Positions 41,565-56,606 of a stretch of 64,000 nucleotides of DNA are shown here, piece by piece. Origin of the DNA: Amoebidium appalachense (lineage: Eukaryota; Protista; Ichthyosporea); the NCBI GenBank assembly GCA_963693365.1, contig CAVNZM010000003.1, positions 2,072,768-2,136,767 on the forward strand. Reading direction: 5' to 3'. Each line of letters starts with the position of its first letter. Positions within the stretch are counted from its first letter, which is position 1. Both the position numbers and the translations under genes were made by a program. Below the pieces are notes generated by a model. That model saw only the letters and a program-made list of their open reading frames with translations. It did not search any database and was not told the origin of the DNA.

Positions 41565-42080
41565 TACTCCCTTGCCAACACACACACATGCACACACCAC
41601 ACATCAGCCGCCCCCCCTTTTCCCCCATACCCTTCCCCCCGATATTCCATCACAATCCAGGTGTGTGGTTGGTGGGTTGGTTGTAGCTGGATGGGTGAAT
41701 ACATGTGCGCATAAATTCTGTCTATTTTATTGCCTCGATATAACGTGTTCCAACAATTTTTTGTACTTTCATTCCTTGCCCCCCCCCCCCCCCCCTCTCC
41801 CCCCTTTCCCCCCCTCCCTCCCTCCTCCCCCCGGACTTCCCTCTCCTCTTTGATTCAATACATACTCGTCTCCCGTCCTCCTTAGAAGGCAAGCATGCAC
41901 AACTATACCCCCAGGACTCACCCACCACATACACGCACCATAATTTTATACATACCTGCACACACAAACAGCCACATTTATACGTGCTCACTCGCTCACT
42001 CACCCAAAGGCTGGCTGACTCGCACACACGTTTTCTTACTTAGCCACACGCGCACACGCGCGCAGGCATACGTACACGGG

Positions 42081-42120
<40 letters not shown>

Positions 42121-42130
42121 TACACACACG

Positions 42131-42220
<90 letters not shown>

Positions 42221-42370
42221 CTCACTCTCACAGTAACACCTCCCCCATTCTACACGTGCGCACGCGCACACACACACACACACGCAACACACACATACAC
42301 CCCCTTCCTCCCCCCCCCCCCCCCTCCCCCCGCCCCACACACACACACACACAACACACACTTACCCCCC

Positions 42371-42401
<31 letters not shown>

Positions 42402-42763
42402 TATGAAAAACACACACGTACACACACACACACATCAAAAACAAAAGGCAAGGTGAACAATGAAGCAAAGGGAACAAGGGTACCTCCAGAGGTCATATCG
42501 GCCTTCGCAAATGGCTACATGGAGCTAATCGGCAATTTCCCATTGGACGATCTACCCCGAGTGCACATAGTACTCTTTTCTTTTATGGACGCAAGTATGG
42601 CCATGTCCATGCTGCTCTTCGAGCCGCTTCTGAGGCAAACATTCGCAGTTCAGGCAAATACATCCCTCTCTCCCCCCCTCTCCCCCCCCCCCCCCCCCCC
42701 CCCCCCACCAAAAAAAAAAAAAAAAAAACCTTCACGCACGCACACATGCACACACACACGCAT

Positions 42764-42858
<95 letters not shown>

Positions 42859-42860
42859 AG

Positions 42861-43240
42861 CGGAAATATTTACCTCGCCCGAGCGATATTACTTCGTGGG
42901 GAGAGGGAACCATTGGCGTAATTTGATATTTTCGCTCGCAGCCAAGAATTCGAGTGTTGGTGACGCGGTGAGTTCTGCATGCCGGGTTGTGGATCGGTTC
43001 TTTCTGGCCCCGTGCGCAATCGAGAGGGATCTGGTGATGACGGCGGGATCGTGCGATCCGATCACGAACACCGTGCAGGTATGTGGCCTAACACTATATG
43101 CCCCTGGCAAGGCCATTTCGATTGGTTAAGAGACACGGGATAAACCCTTCGTATTTGTACGGATGCCTTCTGATAAGGTCACAAGTCTTTGGGGCTGGAT
43201 TGGCCTTGCCTGCTACATAGACGGTTAGGAGATGGGGGGG

Positions 43241-43312
<72 letters not shown>

Positions 43313-44954
43313 CGCGCGCACGTGCATGTTGCGTATGTGTTGGTGGATTAGGGGGGGGGGGGGGGGGGGAAGGGGGGAGGGGGAGCTCGGAAAAGGAACT
43401 GAAAGAAGCAAGCGAGCAGGAGAAGAGGTGGGGTTGGGGTCGGGGTGAGTGTAAGAGGCCGACCTACGCCCGGGGAATGGGGGAGGGGGGGGGGGGGGGG
43501 GGGGGGGGGGATAAAAGCATACGCTGGAATGCTAAAGATATGTTAACTGTTCCCGCCGTAGGTGGTTTTCTCGTGGAAGAAACTTGAGGGGTTGGACCAA
43601 TCTGCCTTAAGCGAGGGGGATCTTTCATGCTACGCCGGTACAAATACGACCCTACCCCCGCCGCAAACCATAACGTGCGGCTACGTTTCCACGAGATCGT
43701 CCGTCGCAGTCGGCATCTACACAATCGGAGTCCTGGGTTTGATCGCAGTAACTGGAGTCATGGCCCCGGTGCTAATTTTCTTCCATAAATGTCTCCCCCT
43801 AGACTGCTATGAACCTCCCCTCGGTCTTACGATGCTCGCGGGATGCCTCTTGCTAATCCTGTCGACAATGTTTCTCCCGTCGAATTCTTTCGTCGGCTTC
43901 ACCGTCACTACATTGTGGCTTTTTTCCTGCGGGTGGGTGGTTCTTCTTTTTTCGCTCACCATTCGCCTGCTACACATTGTGTCGGATGCGCAGAGTATTT
44001 ACCAAATACATAAATCCGGTGAAAAGGCAAGATCTCGTCGACGGTCCCCCAAATTCGCCGGCATGTCCGATTTCGAGCTGAGCCCATCCTTCCCGTACCA
44101 AGTCTTCGCGGGCACCCGTGCTTCGCTCCTTTTCATTGGTGGGGCCGTTCTTATTGACGTGATTCTATTGGTCATGGTTACTTTAACGGGTGGTGTGTTT
44201 CTGGAAGATCGGCCCCTTCTCGTGCAAGCCACCGACGTTACCTTAAAGGGCGTTGCCAGCTTCAACCTTAACACACAGCACATCAACATGGACTTTAAGG
44301 GCTCTCCTGCACTCATAGCACTGAGCACATACAACGGCTTTTTCCTATTGGCTGCAATGTTTGCGGGGGGGGGCTCAATAGCGGGCTGATGGCAAATCAA
44401 CAGAAAGAGTTGGGGGTTTGTTTTCTTCTGTGCATATTTATAGCCGTTTTGACGGGATGTATGGTTCCATTTTTAGTTTTGACGTCAAATGTCCCCATGA
44501 AAATGCTTGTTTTCTCCGGAACTGTCTTTTTTACCATCCTTATACTGCTGTTAGGGTACTTTACGCCGCGTATTTTGGCATCTGTTGATTCACCCCGTTT
44601 CCGTTTTCTTCGTAAGTGGGCGCGTGATTTCTTGGGTCCCCCCACTGAAATTCCGATTGCTACAACACAGTCTAACAATCTATCCGCAGTCTCTTCGGCA
44701 CCTGAAACTGCTGTAAAACAAAACAAAACAAATCCGAGGGTTTTGAACTTAAAAGTAGTGAAAGTGAGCGTGAAAAAGAAAGTTTTTCTGTATGTAGAAG
44801 GAGGACAGCTGAGCTCTTGCGCAGAAAGAGTTTATTGGAGGTGCAGATTCTAGAACACCAGGAGAGTTTGGTTGCCCTGCAAACGAGTATTTTTGCGGTT
44901 AAGGTGTGGGCCGGTGAAAATGTGATGGCGCCCGTAAATGCGGCCTTTGCTTGA
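42861..44954 (+). pseudogene. Class C (GABA-B/7tm_3-like) GPCR: Cys-rich module, 7TM and C-terminal extension; two frameshifts (pseudogene or homopolymer errors)
   Basis: Exon ending at 43078 (PCAIERD...CDPITNTVQ) splices to 43562 (VVFSW...CYAG...LPPPQTITCGYV). Seven hydrophobic segments with class C-like patterns: PPLGLTMLAG, WLFSCGW...IRLLHI, IDVILLVM, YNGFFLL, NQQKELG, YFTPRI. Frame breaks at the G9 run 44365-44373 and near 44772-44781. Confidence 0.7.
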
Positions 44955-45935
44955 AAAAGGGATAACAGGGGGAGGGAGAGGGGGGGGGGGGAACAAAGTA
45001 TATATGTACATATGGACATGGCTACGATCAGATGTGTAAGTTTATAAATCATACAAGAGAACAAAAATCTCTGCATAATAATAAATTACGTAACATAGGG
45101 TACATACCGTGCACGTAGGTTGTAGACCAGCCAGCGAGACAAAAGAAACAGAAAATAAAAAGAAAAATTAAAATCTAAGAAAGTTTATCGACGAGTGTTT
45201 TAGCCATGTAAGCAGCTGCTTGAGAATGCCAAGCTTTAGTGTTGTGAACCTTTAGTTCGGAAACTATATTTGCATCAACTGTGCATCATTGTCGTCTGTT
45301 AAAATCTGTTTCTGTCACAAAAAAAATCTAAGACGATAGTACAGAAAAGAATGTGGTAGGTATCATATTGCTAAAATATGAGGCTGTACGTCTTTGCCCA
45401 ATAGCTTGCCGTTGTTGTTAGACCGATTAAGGTCCACTGACCATGTAACTCGGGTATTCCAAAACTAACATCACTAGTGCACCCAAGCCGGGAGTACGTG
45501 GAAAGAGGAGAGCGGAACTGGTGGGCTGGTGAGTCAGCGAGGCCACGGTGGGGAACAGATGGAGCGGAAGGGCCCTGGGCTGGCGGGGAGGAAGGGAGGC
45601 CGGGGGAGAGGGGGGAGGGAGGAGAGGGGGGAGGGGGGTTTTGCCGGGAAGGGGGGGGGGCCGGGGGGGGGGGGGGGGGGGAGGGGGGGAGGGAGGGAGG
45701 GGAGCGAAGAGGGGAGACCGTGCCGTTGGCCCAGTGAATCAAGTCTTGTAGAGTTACAGTCGTTTTGGACCCATTACACCCAGAGTATTTGACTATTGGA
45801 ACTTCGTGTGACTTTGAAACTGATGAGCTGCTGTGACTTATCCTTCAGAGTCTCGAGGGGCTGACTAGTGCAAAACCTGCCCGGTCCAACATTTTGGATT
45901 CCAACGGAAGAATGGGAAGTGTGTATGTGTGTGGG

Positions 45936-45966
<31 letters not shown>

Positions 45967-46696
45967 ACGGGGGTGCTCTAGAAGGGAGCTGGGGGGGTGG
46001 CGGACGGGGTGGATGGGGGGAGCAGTTGGGGTGGGGGGAGGGGGGGGGCCGGGGGGAGGGGGGGGGGGGGGGGGAGGGCGGACGTAAAAATTGTACAAAA
46101 GTGAGAAAGTGGAGCGTGGGGCACTTCAGCAAATCTATGGTGGGACACGTGTTTGGCATCAGAGCAGAATGCCAAAACCGGCGACATTGTTCTGCTCACC
46201 GTGTCACATACAGTGAGTAGGTGGTATTTATGATCTGTGTAGTTGGCCATCTGACCAAATCTCGGGCAGACCGGTGGTCAAAATAACCTGCACAGATGCG
46301 GTTGTGGGACAGAAAGTGGCAAAAGATCTGCCAAGCCTTGAAAACTTAGCAGAACACTCTTGTCTGGGCTCCGGTAGGACTGATAGTGCAGCTCAATCTA
46401 CAACTTAGTGCCCAAAAGATTAGGCATCCATAGTTTGGCCAATAAGCATCATCAATATTAATAGCCATATGATATCAGTTATCATGATAATATGTAGCTA
46501 TAGCCTGTAGCCTAATGTTTTAAAAGTCCATATACATGATTCTTTATTCATACATTACAGTGTGCCTGGAAAAATCCTTCGGTTTTTGGGGGGTGCAGAC
46601 GGAATCCGAGGCTTATGAAACTACTATCCGGAGAAGATGGCCGTTCCCGTGATCTTACGTTGTGTGTGTGGGTGGTGGTGGGAGAGAGGGGGGGGG

Positions 46697-46768
<72 letters not shown>

Positions 46769-47444
46769 TATGTATGGGGGGGGGGGGGGGGGGCTGGGGG
46801 AGAGGCGGGGCGGGGGGGGGGGGGGGGGGGGGGGGAGGGGCTGGAGGGAGGAGAGAGGGAGGAAGGGAGGAAGAGGGGGGAGGTGGGGTGGGGGAGGTGG
46901 GGAGGTGGACGGTGGGCCGGATGTGTACCTTGACGTGTGTGTGCGCTGGGTGGGGGGGGGGGGGGGGGGGGGGGGGGATCGGAATCGTGAACTTGTTTTT
47001 TGACTTGTTATTTTTTCTTGTGGTAAACATGTTCAACAGCTCCAGTTGGATTTTAGCTATAGAGGTACTACTACGGTGCATTACTGAACACATGATTTAG
47101 GGAAAACACAAGCAGCCCAACAAGAAGTGAAAGGGGGGAGGAGAGGGGAGAAGGGGGTGGGGGGGGAGGGGGGTCCCTTTTGCTGCAAGATTATCTCGGA
47201 ATAAGGACCGTGTGCGTGTGTGCGTGTGTGTGTGTGTGGGGGGGGGGGAGGTAGGCTCAAAAGTATAACCGCACTTCCCATTGGCGCCATTTCCGTATCC
47301 CAATACACACTAGTCGGTTTCCCCTATAGTGTTGGCCTTGATTACATCATATACTCTAGATCTTTCAGTGAAGCAAGGAAGCAAGAGTGGTATCTCACCG
47401 TGATGGTGGTGGTGGTGGTGGTGGTGGTGGGTTGGTGGGTGGGT

Positions 47445-47491
<47 letters not shown>

Positions 47492-48529
47492 CGGGGCGGC
47501 AAGCCCAAAACAGCAAACGAATATTAGACTCCAAATAGCAAAGTACCTAAAAACGGGACAACCACCGTTTCTTACAACTATTCTGAGGTACCATGCTCGA
47601 TTGGACAACACACGCACCCACGTAGACCAGGGTGGCACGCATGCACACCCACCCACACGCCTACACGTGCACATTCACACATCCACCCAAGCACACACAC
47701 ATACCACACCCACCAAGTTACGCATTTAGACAAAGACTGCACACACACAAACTAACATGCACGCATGTACCTTCGTGACGCCAGCTACGAAGGCATGCAC
47801 ACACTGTGAATGGCACACAGCCATTATCTAAACAAACGCAAAAAGAATGTACCCACACCTGCTGCCTATGGTTACCATCGATATTTATTTTCTTTAGCGA
47901 TAAAGGGGAAATTATCATGTTATCACAAGGTCGAAACCCCAAAATCATTCACAATTGTGTAAAGCTGCTCTAATAGTATAGAGATAGAATTTAAGTGTCA
48001 AGCCCATCGAAAAGGCCGTAGATTAGAAATTCTCATGTGTGAATGTGTGTGTGTGTGTGTACGCATGTGTGTCTGTGTGTGCCAGCGCGCGCGTGTACGT
48101 CTGCATCCGTGCATGCAATTGTGACCTGACGACCTATTATCCAACTACAGACACATTCAACTAAAAAAAAAAAAAAAAACATTCTTGCGGGGAGAGAAAG
48201 ACAACACACATCTGCTGAAACCAAGGAATATACGCATATAAACACAAAAGATTTCATACGTACAGTGTCGGGCCCCCCCACAGCCACACCAAACCACATA
48301 CATATACCGTCACCAACACGTGCACATACCATTGAACAGGCACAACCTCACGTTTCTATTGGTGCACGGCAACCAATCACACATGTGTGACTAAACCAAC
48401 ACAATGCACGCATAAAAAATCGAACTCACAACCAAAACAACACACACCAGCAAAACAAAACAAACTTATACGACCCATTCACCATTCAACCTATCCACGC
48501 TTTGATTGGTGCATGCTCAGCCAATCACA

Positions 48530-48753
48530 TATGTGTGCCGTTATCCGTCCTGCTCTCCCCCAATGCGCTCCTGGCCTTAATTACGGACGCTCTGCCTGCT
48601 GCCCCCCTGCCCTTAACAGGGGTGTGGTGGGGTTGTTGCGGTGTTCCCGTAGTCTCAACACACATGTCTATCGCCGGTGTGCGTGCACGACCACTGCCGC
48701 TGTATGTCCTGTGTGTGTGTGTGTGTGGTGGTGGTGGTGGTGGTGGTGGTGGT

Positions 48754-48803
<50 letters not shown>

Positions 48804-49108
48804 GGGGGGGAGGGGGGTTAGTATTGTCTTTTATGCAAATGGGGCACAAGAAAAGCAGGATATTAGAGGGATTACACCACCAATCCATGCCTCCCGGGGG
48901 GAGAGGGGGGGAAAGGGGAGGGAGGGGGTCGGGGTGGTCACGGGTGGACTTCCTTCGGGCCCGTGCACGGTTAGATGTGGGCCGGTGAACATAGTGAATA
49001 AATCTATGTTCGTATAGGTACATGTTTATGTGGCTGGTTTTCATAATCTTGTTGACAGGTGTGCCGGTGGTGGTTAAGTGTCAATTTGTACATGTGTGTC
49101 GAACGGAA

Positions 49109-49146
<38 letters not shown>

Positions 49147-49254
49147 GTATGAGAAAGAGAGAGAGAGAGAGGGAGAGAGACAGAGAGAGATGGAGTGTGT
49201 GAGAGATAGAGAGAGGGAAGGAGGGGGCACACACACACAGTCACACACACACAG

Positions 49255-49320
<66 letters not shown>

Positions 49321-49532
49321 GGGGTAGAGGGGGGGGGGGGGGGGGGGGGGGGAGGCGGAGAGGAACAGGATCGAGAGAGAGACACAAAGTATGTGTCGGG
49401 TGCATGGTCATAACCTTCTCAGAGCACCCCCGTTCTCCTTCTCCACCCCCCCGTCGTTATGTGGGTGGAAGGCCAAAGCCAGTGTAGATGACGGTGGGCC
49501 AGTCAGGGTTCCATGTGTCTGCAGGGGGGGAG

Positions 49533-49568
<36 letters not shown>

Positions 49569-49723
49569 GGGTGAGCAAACGGGCAAAGACAGAATGAGTG
49601 AATACCTTCACCCCCCCCTCCCCTCCCCGGCCCCGCCTCCCTTTCAGAGGGCCCCCCATACCGCCGCCTTCCCTTCATTTGCAATCTGAAATTACTTACA
49701 TATAAATATGTATGAACCTACCA

Positions 49724-49758
<35 letters not shown>

Positions 49759-50149
49759 ATGCCTTGGTACCCATTTCCTCACCCCGTCCCCTCCCTTGCC
49801 CATAAAATCCACACTTCCTCCATCGTGTTCCCACACACCACAAATCCCACACACACCACACCCTTCATGCATACCACACATTCCACGCATACCTGCTGTG
49901 AGTGCAGTGGCTGGCCCACCAATGGGTCCCTCCTGTTTGTCCTCAGCACGTGGGTCCTTGCCTCGTCACCGCTGCTGGCCAGCTCCAGCTGGTACAGGTA
50001 GGGGGGTAGCATCTTGCCGGCCTGGAAGCTGTCCACAAGCTGCACGTGTACGCGTACGTGTGTATGGGTGCATGTGTGTGCATGTAACGTGTGTGGATGT
50101 GGATGTGTGTGCACGTGTGTGTGTGTAGTGTATGTGCATATGTCGGTCA

Positions 50150-50215
<66 letters not shown>

Positions 50216-50410
50216 TGCGTGTTTGTGTGAGTGTGTGTTGAAATGCATGCATACGTGTTGAGCCAGCGAGTGAGTGTGCATACTTTAGGAGTGTTTAGAC
50301 GGATAGAAAGAATAAGGGTTCGTTCCTGCAGCTACCACACGAAACAGAGAGAGGGGTAGGCTGCTGTGTGCGCGTGTGTGTGTGGTGGTGGTGGTGGTGG
50401 TGGTGGTGGT

Positions 50411-50448
<38 letters not shown>

Positions 50449-50829
50449 GTGGGGCAGTGTATAAATGTGCAGCAGGTTATTCAGCATGTATGCCAATAGT
50501 TGTCATACCGTTAGCCTACTCTGGGATGGGTCATAGTTTTACCGGGGGCATAAAGCATGAAAAACGAGGGATGGAGTACGGGTAGAGGGGGAGGGGGGGG
50601 GGGGGGGGGGGAAGGGGGGAGTGAGAGATAAATAAGGAAAGGGAGAAGGAGTGTGTGTGTGCGTGTGAGAAGAGAGAGAGAGATGAAGAAAGAGAGAGAT
50701 GGAGACATAAGAGAGAGAGTGTGAGAGGGAGAGGGCAAGGGAGAGAGAGATATAGAGACAGAGAGGAGAGAGAGAGAAATAGAGAAAGAAAGAGAGAGAG
50801 AAAGAGAGAGAGTGGGGGAGGGGGGGGGG

Positions 50830-50860
<31 letters not shown>

Positions 50861-51044
50861 GGAGAAAGCGAGAGAGAGAGAGAGAGAGAGAGATAGAGAG
50901 AGAGATCATACCCATTGTACGGGCACGATAGTTGGTTTCATGGGCATGGCCGAGACAGCAGCAAGGTCGGGCTGGTGGTAGCCCCCAACCACAATGTGCG
51001 TCACTAGGTCGTTGATCTGCGAGATCCGGGTGGCTGCACGTGCA

Positions 51045-51075
<31 letters not shown>

Positions 51076-52292
51076 ACATGTTTGTGTTTTTTGGTGGTGG
51101 TGGTTGTTTATTCATGGGGTTGGTAGGCGGGATGGGTGGTGGTTTGTGGTTTGAGTCGAGGTTGCACCTACACACTATACCCGAACCCACTCGTCATCCC
51201 CCCCCCCCCCCCCACACACACACATCGGCAAACCCCCTTTCTACCCCCCCCCCCCCCCGTTTTCTTCTACGCCACACCTATAAACCAATCCCCGCTACCC
51301 CCCCCCCCCCCCACCTCCCTCTCCTCGCCCCCAAAGGAAATATAAATAATATAATATAATAAGAAAAGCACCCACACCTACACACCCCCCCCACCACACA
51401 CAGACAACTCCCACCACACACACACACACACCTCCACGTGGAAATCCACAACCCCCCCGCCCCTTCCCCCCCCCCCCCCCTTCCCCCTGCCCCCCCACAC
51501 CCGTCCCAGCCACGCACCTCCAGCCAGCAACAGTAATCTCTGCATCCTCCTGAGCCTCTCCACCGACGCCCCAAACCCACTCAGGTGCACCTGGCAGTCA
51601 CGCAGAAAGTACCCATGTGATTGGTCCCCCGCACAACCAGCGTCCAATAGCGGCTCGATGGCTCTTTCGGTATCGCTGGCTGTGCACAGTTCGGACTGAA
51701 GTACCTCACGCCCTACATCCCCATGTGTAAGAAGAAAGAGGGAAAAAAGATCAGTACTAAAAAGCTGTAGATGAAACAACCCCCCCTTCCTTCCTTCCTT
51801 CCTTCATCCCCCCCCCCCCCCCCCCCCCCCCCCCCGGCCCTCTTTGGGCCCTCTCTCAGAATAGGGTAGGCTTTTGTTGTGTGATATGGATTCGATTATT
51901 GGCAAGTCCTCATTCACAGGGATGTGGCAAGATCTCTGTCATCCGTTATCCCTCCCCCCCCCCCCCCCCCCCCCCCTTCCCCCCTACCTAGAGAACGAAA
52001 AAGAAAAAAAAAGCTCTTAACATCCATTTCACCACACAACACGAACAATGAAAAGCGCACAACGAACCAGTGATGGTTCAGATTGTGCTAACCAAGCAAG
52101 ACAAAGACAAAAGCCAAAAACAAGTGAAAGAGTGGGTTGGTCTGGAGGAAGATACATTTGTGTTGGATCGTCTGCGTTTGGAAAGTGTATCTGATTAGAG
52201 AGTATGTGTGGGTATGTGAGGGTATGTGAGGGTATGTGATGGTATGTGAGGGTGCATGTGCCTGTGCATGTGTGTGTGTGCGCATGTGTGCG

Positions 52293-52362
<70 letters not shown>

Positions 52363-53522
52363 TGTGCGCCCCATGCATGTATCGGGGAGGCGGAAGAAGG
52401 CGTAAGGAGAAGGGGGTTTGTGTTATGGCGAGAGGTGGTGGTGGTGGTGGTGGTGGTGGTGGTGGGGGGGGGGGGGGGGGGGGGGGGGGGAGAAGGGGGT
52501 TGTGACGGGGGCCAAACATGTGTGTTGGATCAATCAAGGAGAAGTTACTTTCAACCAAGAGGGAGGGGAAAGACAGCCAAGAAAACATCATCGAGCACAC
52601 CTGTTTGTGGCTGCAGGTTCTGCTGAGTGCGCACTCTTTTGATGTTTCCCACACCAACACTGCCGTCCTGCGTGGTACAGAAACAAAGTGAGCACATTGT
52701 CATGCCACCAGACTAAAAAAAGGGGGAAGGGGATGAATGGAAAAAAAGGAAGAAAGAACATGACAGAAACAAAAAAAACCCCTAAAAAGATTGATTAACA
52801 GAGTATTATACGAAGAATGTGGGAGTCTAAGAGCCAACTGAATCGGGTAAGGATAAGGCAATCCATTTATCTAACTGGTGATACGGTTTCTAACCGATCA
52901 GGAGATATATGGTCTCTCTTGTGCTTTATAGTAGTAGGGTGACTGTAGAGTCAGACATGATGACACGAAAAAGCACAACATTTGAAGCAACGGCAGGAAA
53001 GTGGGAATAAGTGGGAATGCAATAGTGTTCTACAGTTCAGGCCGGTTGTCCTACTATACAGATTAGGGATAGGTGCGTGTGTGCGGATGAACATGCACGA
53101 TTTGATGATGTGATGCAAGTGCACCTTCATGGCCAAATGCACAAAATTGTACACAAAAGAGCATGAAAAACAAAAGAAGTTTTTTTTTTTTTTTTTGGTG
53201 GAGGAGAGGAGGAAAGGGGCAGAAACCAGGCTGATGGAGGTTATTTCGGGGATCGCAACTGGCCGTGATACATCCATGGACCTGTGTCTTTTCAGTTCTC
53301 GCCTGTGAACACACCGTGTGTAAGTGAACGACACAAAAGCATAAATATAATCACCGCAGATAGCCTTCCTCAGATCTGGGGTCCGATCAAACCCGAATTG
53401 CCCCGTAAACTACCCCCTCCCCCCTCCCACTCGCCCCCTCCCCCCCCCCCCCCTCCCCCCCTCCCCCCCCTCCTCTTCTCCAACTCACAACATCCGCCTA
53501 AAGCACACCAGCAATGTTCAAA

Positions 53523-53559
<37 letters not shown>

Positions 53560-54222
53560 AAAGGTCCAGAGAGTTCCAACAGGCCCAAGGACGTCCCAAA
53601 GTCCAGAGAGAACCAAAGTGTCAAGAAAGAAGGGAAGAAGGAGACCAAAATCAAAGTAGCGCAAAATGGTTCGGTAGCGGTTAGTGGCACAGTGGTAAAA
53701 AGGGGGGGGGGGGGGGGGGGGGGGGGGTGGTTCGAATGCGTCATAACATACGAAGTACACTGACCACGGATATCACGATGCAGAGGGCAAACCATACATA
53801 AAGAGTATTGGGGGGGGGGGGGGGGATATCACAAAACAAGGCAATTTCCAAGTTTTCAACTCTCGATTTGGGGAGCCCTTCACACGCTTAACACTGACCT
53901 TGATTCGCGTGAGTGCTGTAGGGGAATGTCGATTTTCTCCGGCATTGATCCGGCACGTTTGAACCGCGGCGGCATGCCTGCAAAGTTCGGTTTGGATTTA
54001 GCGCTCAGATGTTCTGATCTAACTGGTTGTCTTTTAACATCTCTCCTTTCCTTCCCCTCATTCCTTCCTTTGCCCTTTTCCTTTCTCTTTCTTCTTCTTT
54101 TTTTAAGGGGTGGGGTGGGGTGGGGTGGGGAGGAGTGGGGGGGGGGGGGGGGAGTCCCGTGTTCCGGAAGAAATGCATGACCATGCTGGCCCCCTCCCCC
54201 CCTCCCCCCTCCCCCCCTTTCC

Positions 54223-54259
<37 letters not shown>

Positions 54260-54404
54260 AGTCTCTTGCAAAACCGACTTATTGGATCACGTTGTTTATT
54301 GACCCGGTTACACATAAGTGTATATGCGCTGGGTGACACGATTGAAACAAAAAGATGAAAAGAAAAGTTGACGAGAGGGGTGGAGCAGGGGAGGGCGGGG
54401 GGAA

Positions 54405-54435
<31 letters not shown>

Positions 54436-54488
54436 TTACACATGTTGCAAAAGAGAGAGAGCTGCAGTGGAAGAGAAAGGGTGAGGGA

Positions 54489-54565
<77 letters not shown>

Positions 54566-54906
54566 CGAGAGAGGTGGTGTGTGCATGCATCTTGGTTCCA
54601 TGAGCCACCTACCACCACCCATACCCTCCTCTTCCAGCGTCCTCTCCAAGCCAATCATATTGAAGCACGCCTGCATACTGTTTGAACCGGACTCAAACGC
54701 CGGCATGGTGTCTTCTACCCCCCACATGTCCCTCCCCACGCACGAACCGTTATTTGTGTGCATTAGCGGTGGGGTTGTGCGGTATAGAAGGTGGGACTGT
54801 GTTTTGACTAGGAGGTATTCTGACTCATCACGGCACCTGAGATGGTGGGGGAGAAATGGGTAAAAGATGTGTCAACAAAGTGGATGGTCGTAGGGGTGGT
54901 GTGGAA

Positions 54907-54943
<37 letters not shown>

Positions 54944-55505
54944 GGGGGCTTTGTAGTTCGCTATCTTGGAAGCGCAGGCTAGTGTGCACCGGCACATATG
55001 TGCGGAGGATAAGGTCAACAATACACAGCATCACGTACACAACATATGAAAAAAAAAAAAAAAAACAATGAACAAGACGACAGTGCCGAGATTGATGATA
55101 AAACACACACGTATGATGCAAAATAAGCAAAGCATAATCACACAAAGAAAGGGGAACACGGGGGGGAAGGGGGGGGGGGGGAGGAGAGGGGTAGAGGGTG
55201 TAATAAAGTACGAAAAACACATTCATAATGAACAACATAATGTGCGCAGGGAGGAGGGGGGGGAGGGGGTTTGGTGATATGAATGAGTTACAGAGGACAA
55301 AGCACACAATCACGACGGACAACATAAGGCAGATTGTGCAAAGAAGCATGCACACAACGATTATGCATCCTAAGAAGAGCGAGCCGATCTAAAGAGGGGT
55401 TCAGACTGTGTTACAGTGTACGAAGCACACTATTATGATAGCAAACTTAGTGCGATTTTCAAAGCCAAGCATAAACAAAGGATATGCACTATAGCAGCTG
55501 CCGAG

Positions 55506-55556
<51 letters not shown>

Positions 55557-55736
55557 GAGAGGGGGGGGGGGGGGGGGGACAATACCATTGGCTGTTGTTG
55601 TGGTCGATATCAATGATGCTGTGTGTGAGCCAATCAGGTGACACCACGAGCACATTGTGTCTCAAGGCATAGTCCACCTTGTCTCCCTCGGCAAATAGCG
55701 CTACAAGGTGTGTGCACTCCTTGGTCATCGTGGCTA

Positions 55737-55799
<63 letters not shown>

Positions 55800-56427
55800 C
55801 AGAAAGAGAAAGAAGAAGTTGATGGGACAAGGAGGGGCGGGGGAGGGGGGGGGGGGGGGGGGGGGGAGGAAAGGCACCGGAAATGGTGGTCAAAATCTTT
55901 TTTCGAGGGGTACAGACAGAATACGGGTGGAAAGAAAGACCAAGCGTACAGCACCAGATGAAAAAGAACATGGATAAAGACAAAGATGTACAGGGCTACA
56001 GGCAGGAAATGCATACACACACGCATACGCACATACCAATGCACACCCCCATCAACACACACCCACATGCACACAGACATACACCCTGGCACACACCCAC
56101 CCCGCCCCCAACCCCACACGTGCACACACCCACACACAGACCTGCCCACCAACCCACCGTCCCACACACAACACCCACACGCACGTACACACACATACAC
56201 ACACCCCAGCATGCACACCAACACACACCAGCATGCACATCTACCCACCCACCCACTCACCCACCAACCCACACGCAGACACGCACACGTACTAACACAC
56301 ACACACACATACACACACCTGCATATTTGCCACCCAGTCGCACTATGGCTTCCGCAGCCTCTGTCCGCCTTGCCTCTGTAGCCCCATACGGTCAATACAC
56401 CCTTTCAAAACAAAACCCAAATACCCC

Positions 56428-56458
<31 letters not shown>

Positions 56459-56532
56459 AAAAAAAATAAAAAAAATCAGCACCACCCAGATATATGTTTA
56501 GGCAGAAATCAAATGTAGTCGACAGAAGACAG

Positions 56533-56606
<74 letters not shown>

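Noticed and set aside
52156-52190. Extra BRCT-gene exon (DTLSKRRRSNTN)
   Set aside because: Including it breaks phase; exons 52601-52667 and 51518-51712 join directly. It could only be used with another unidentified exon.
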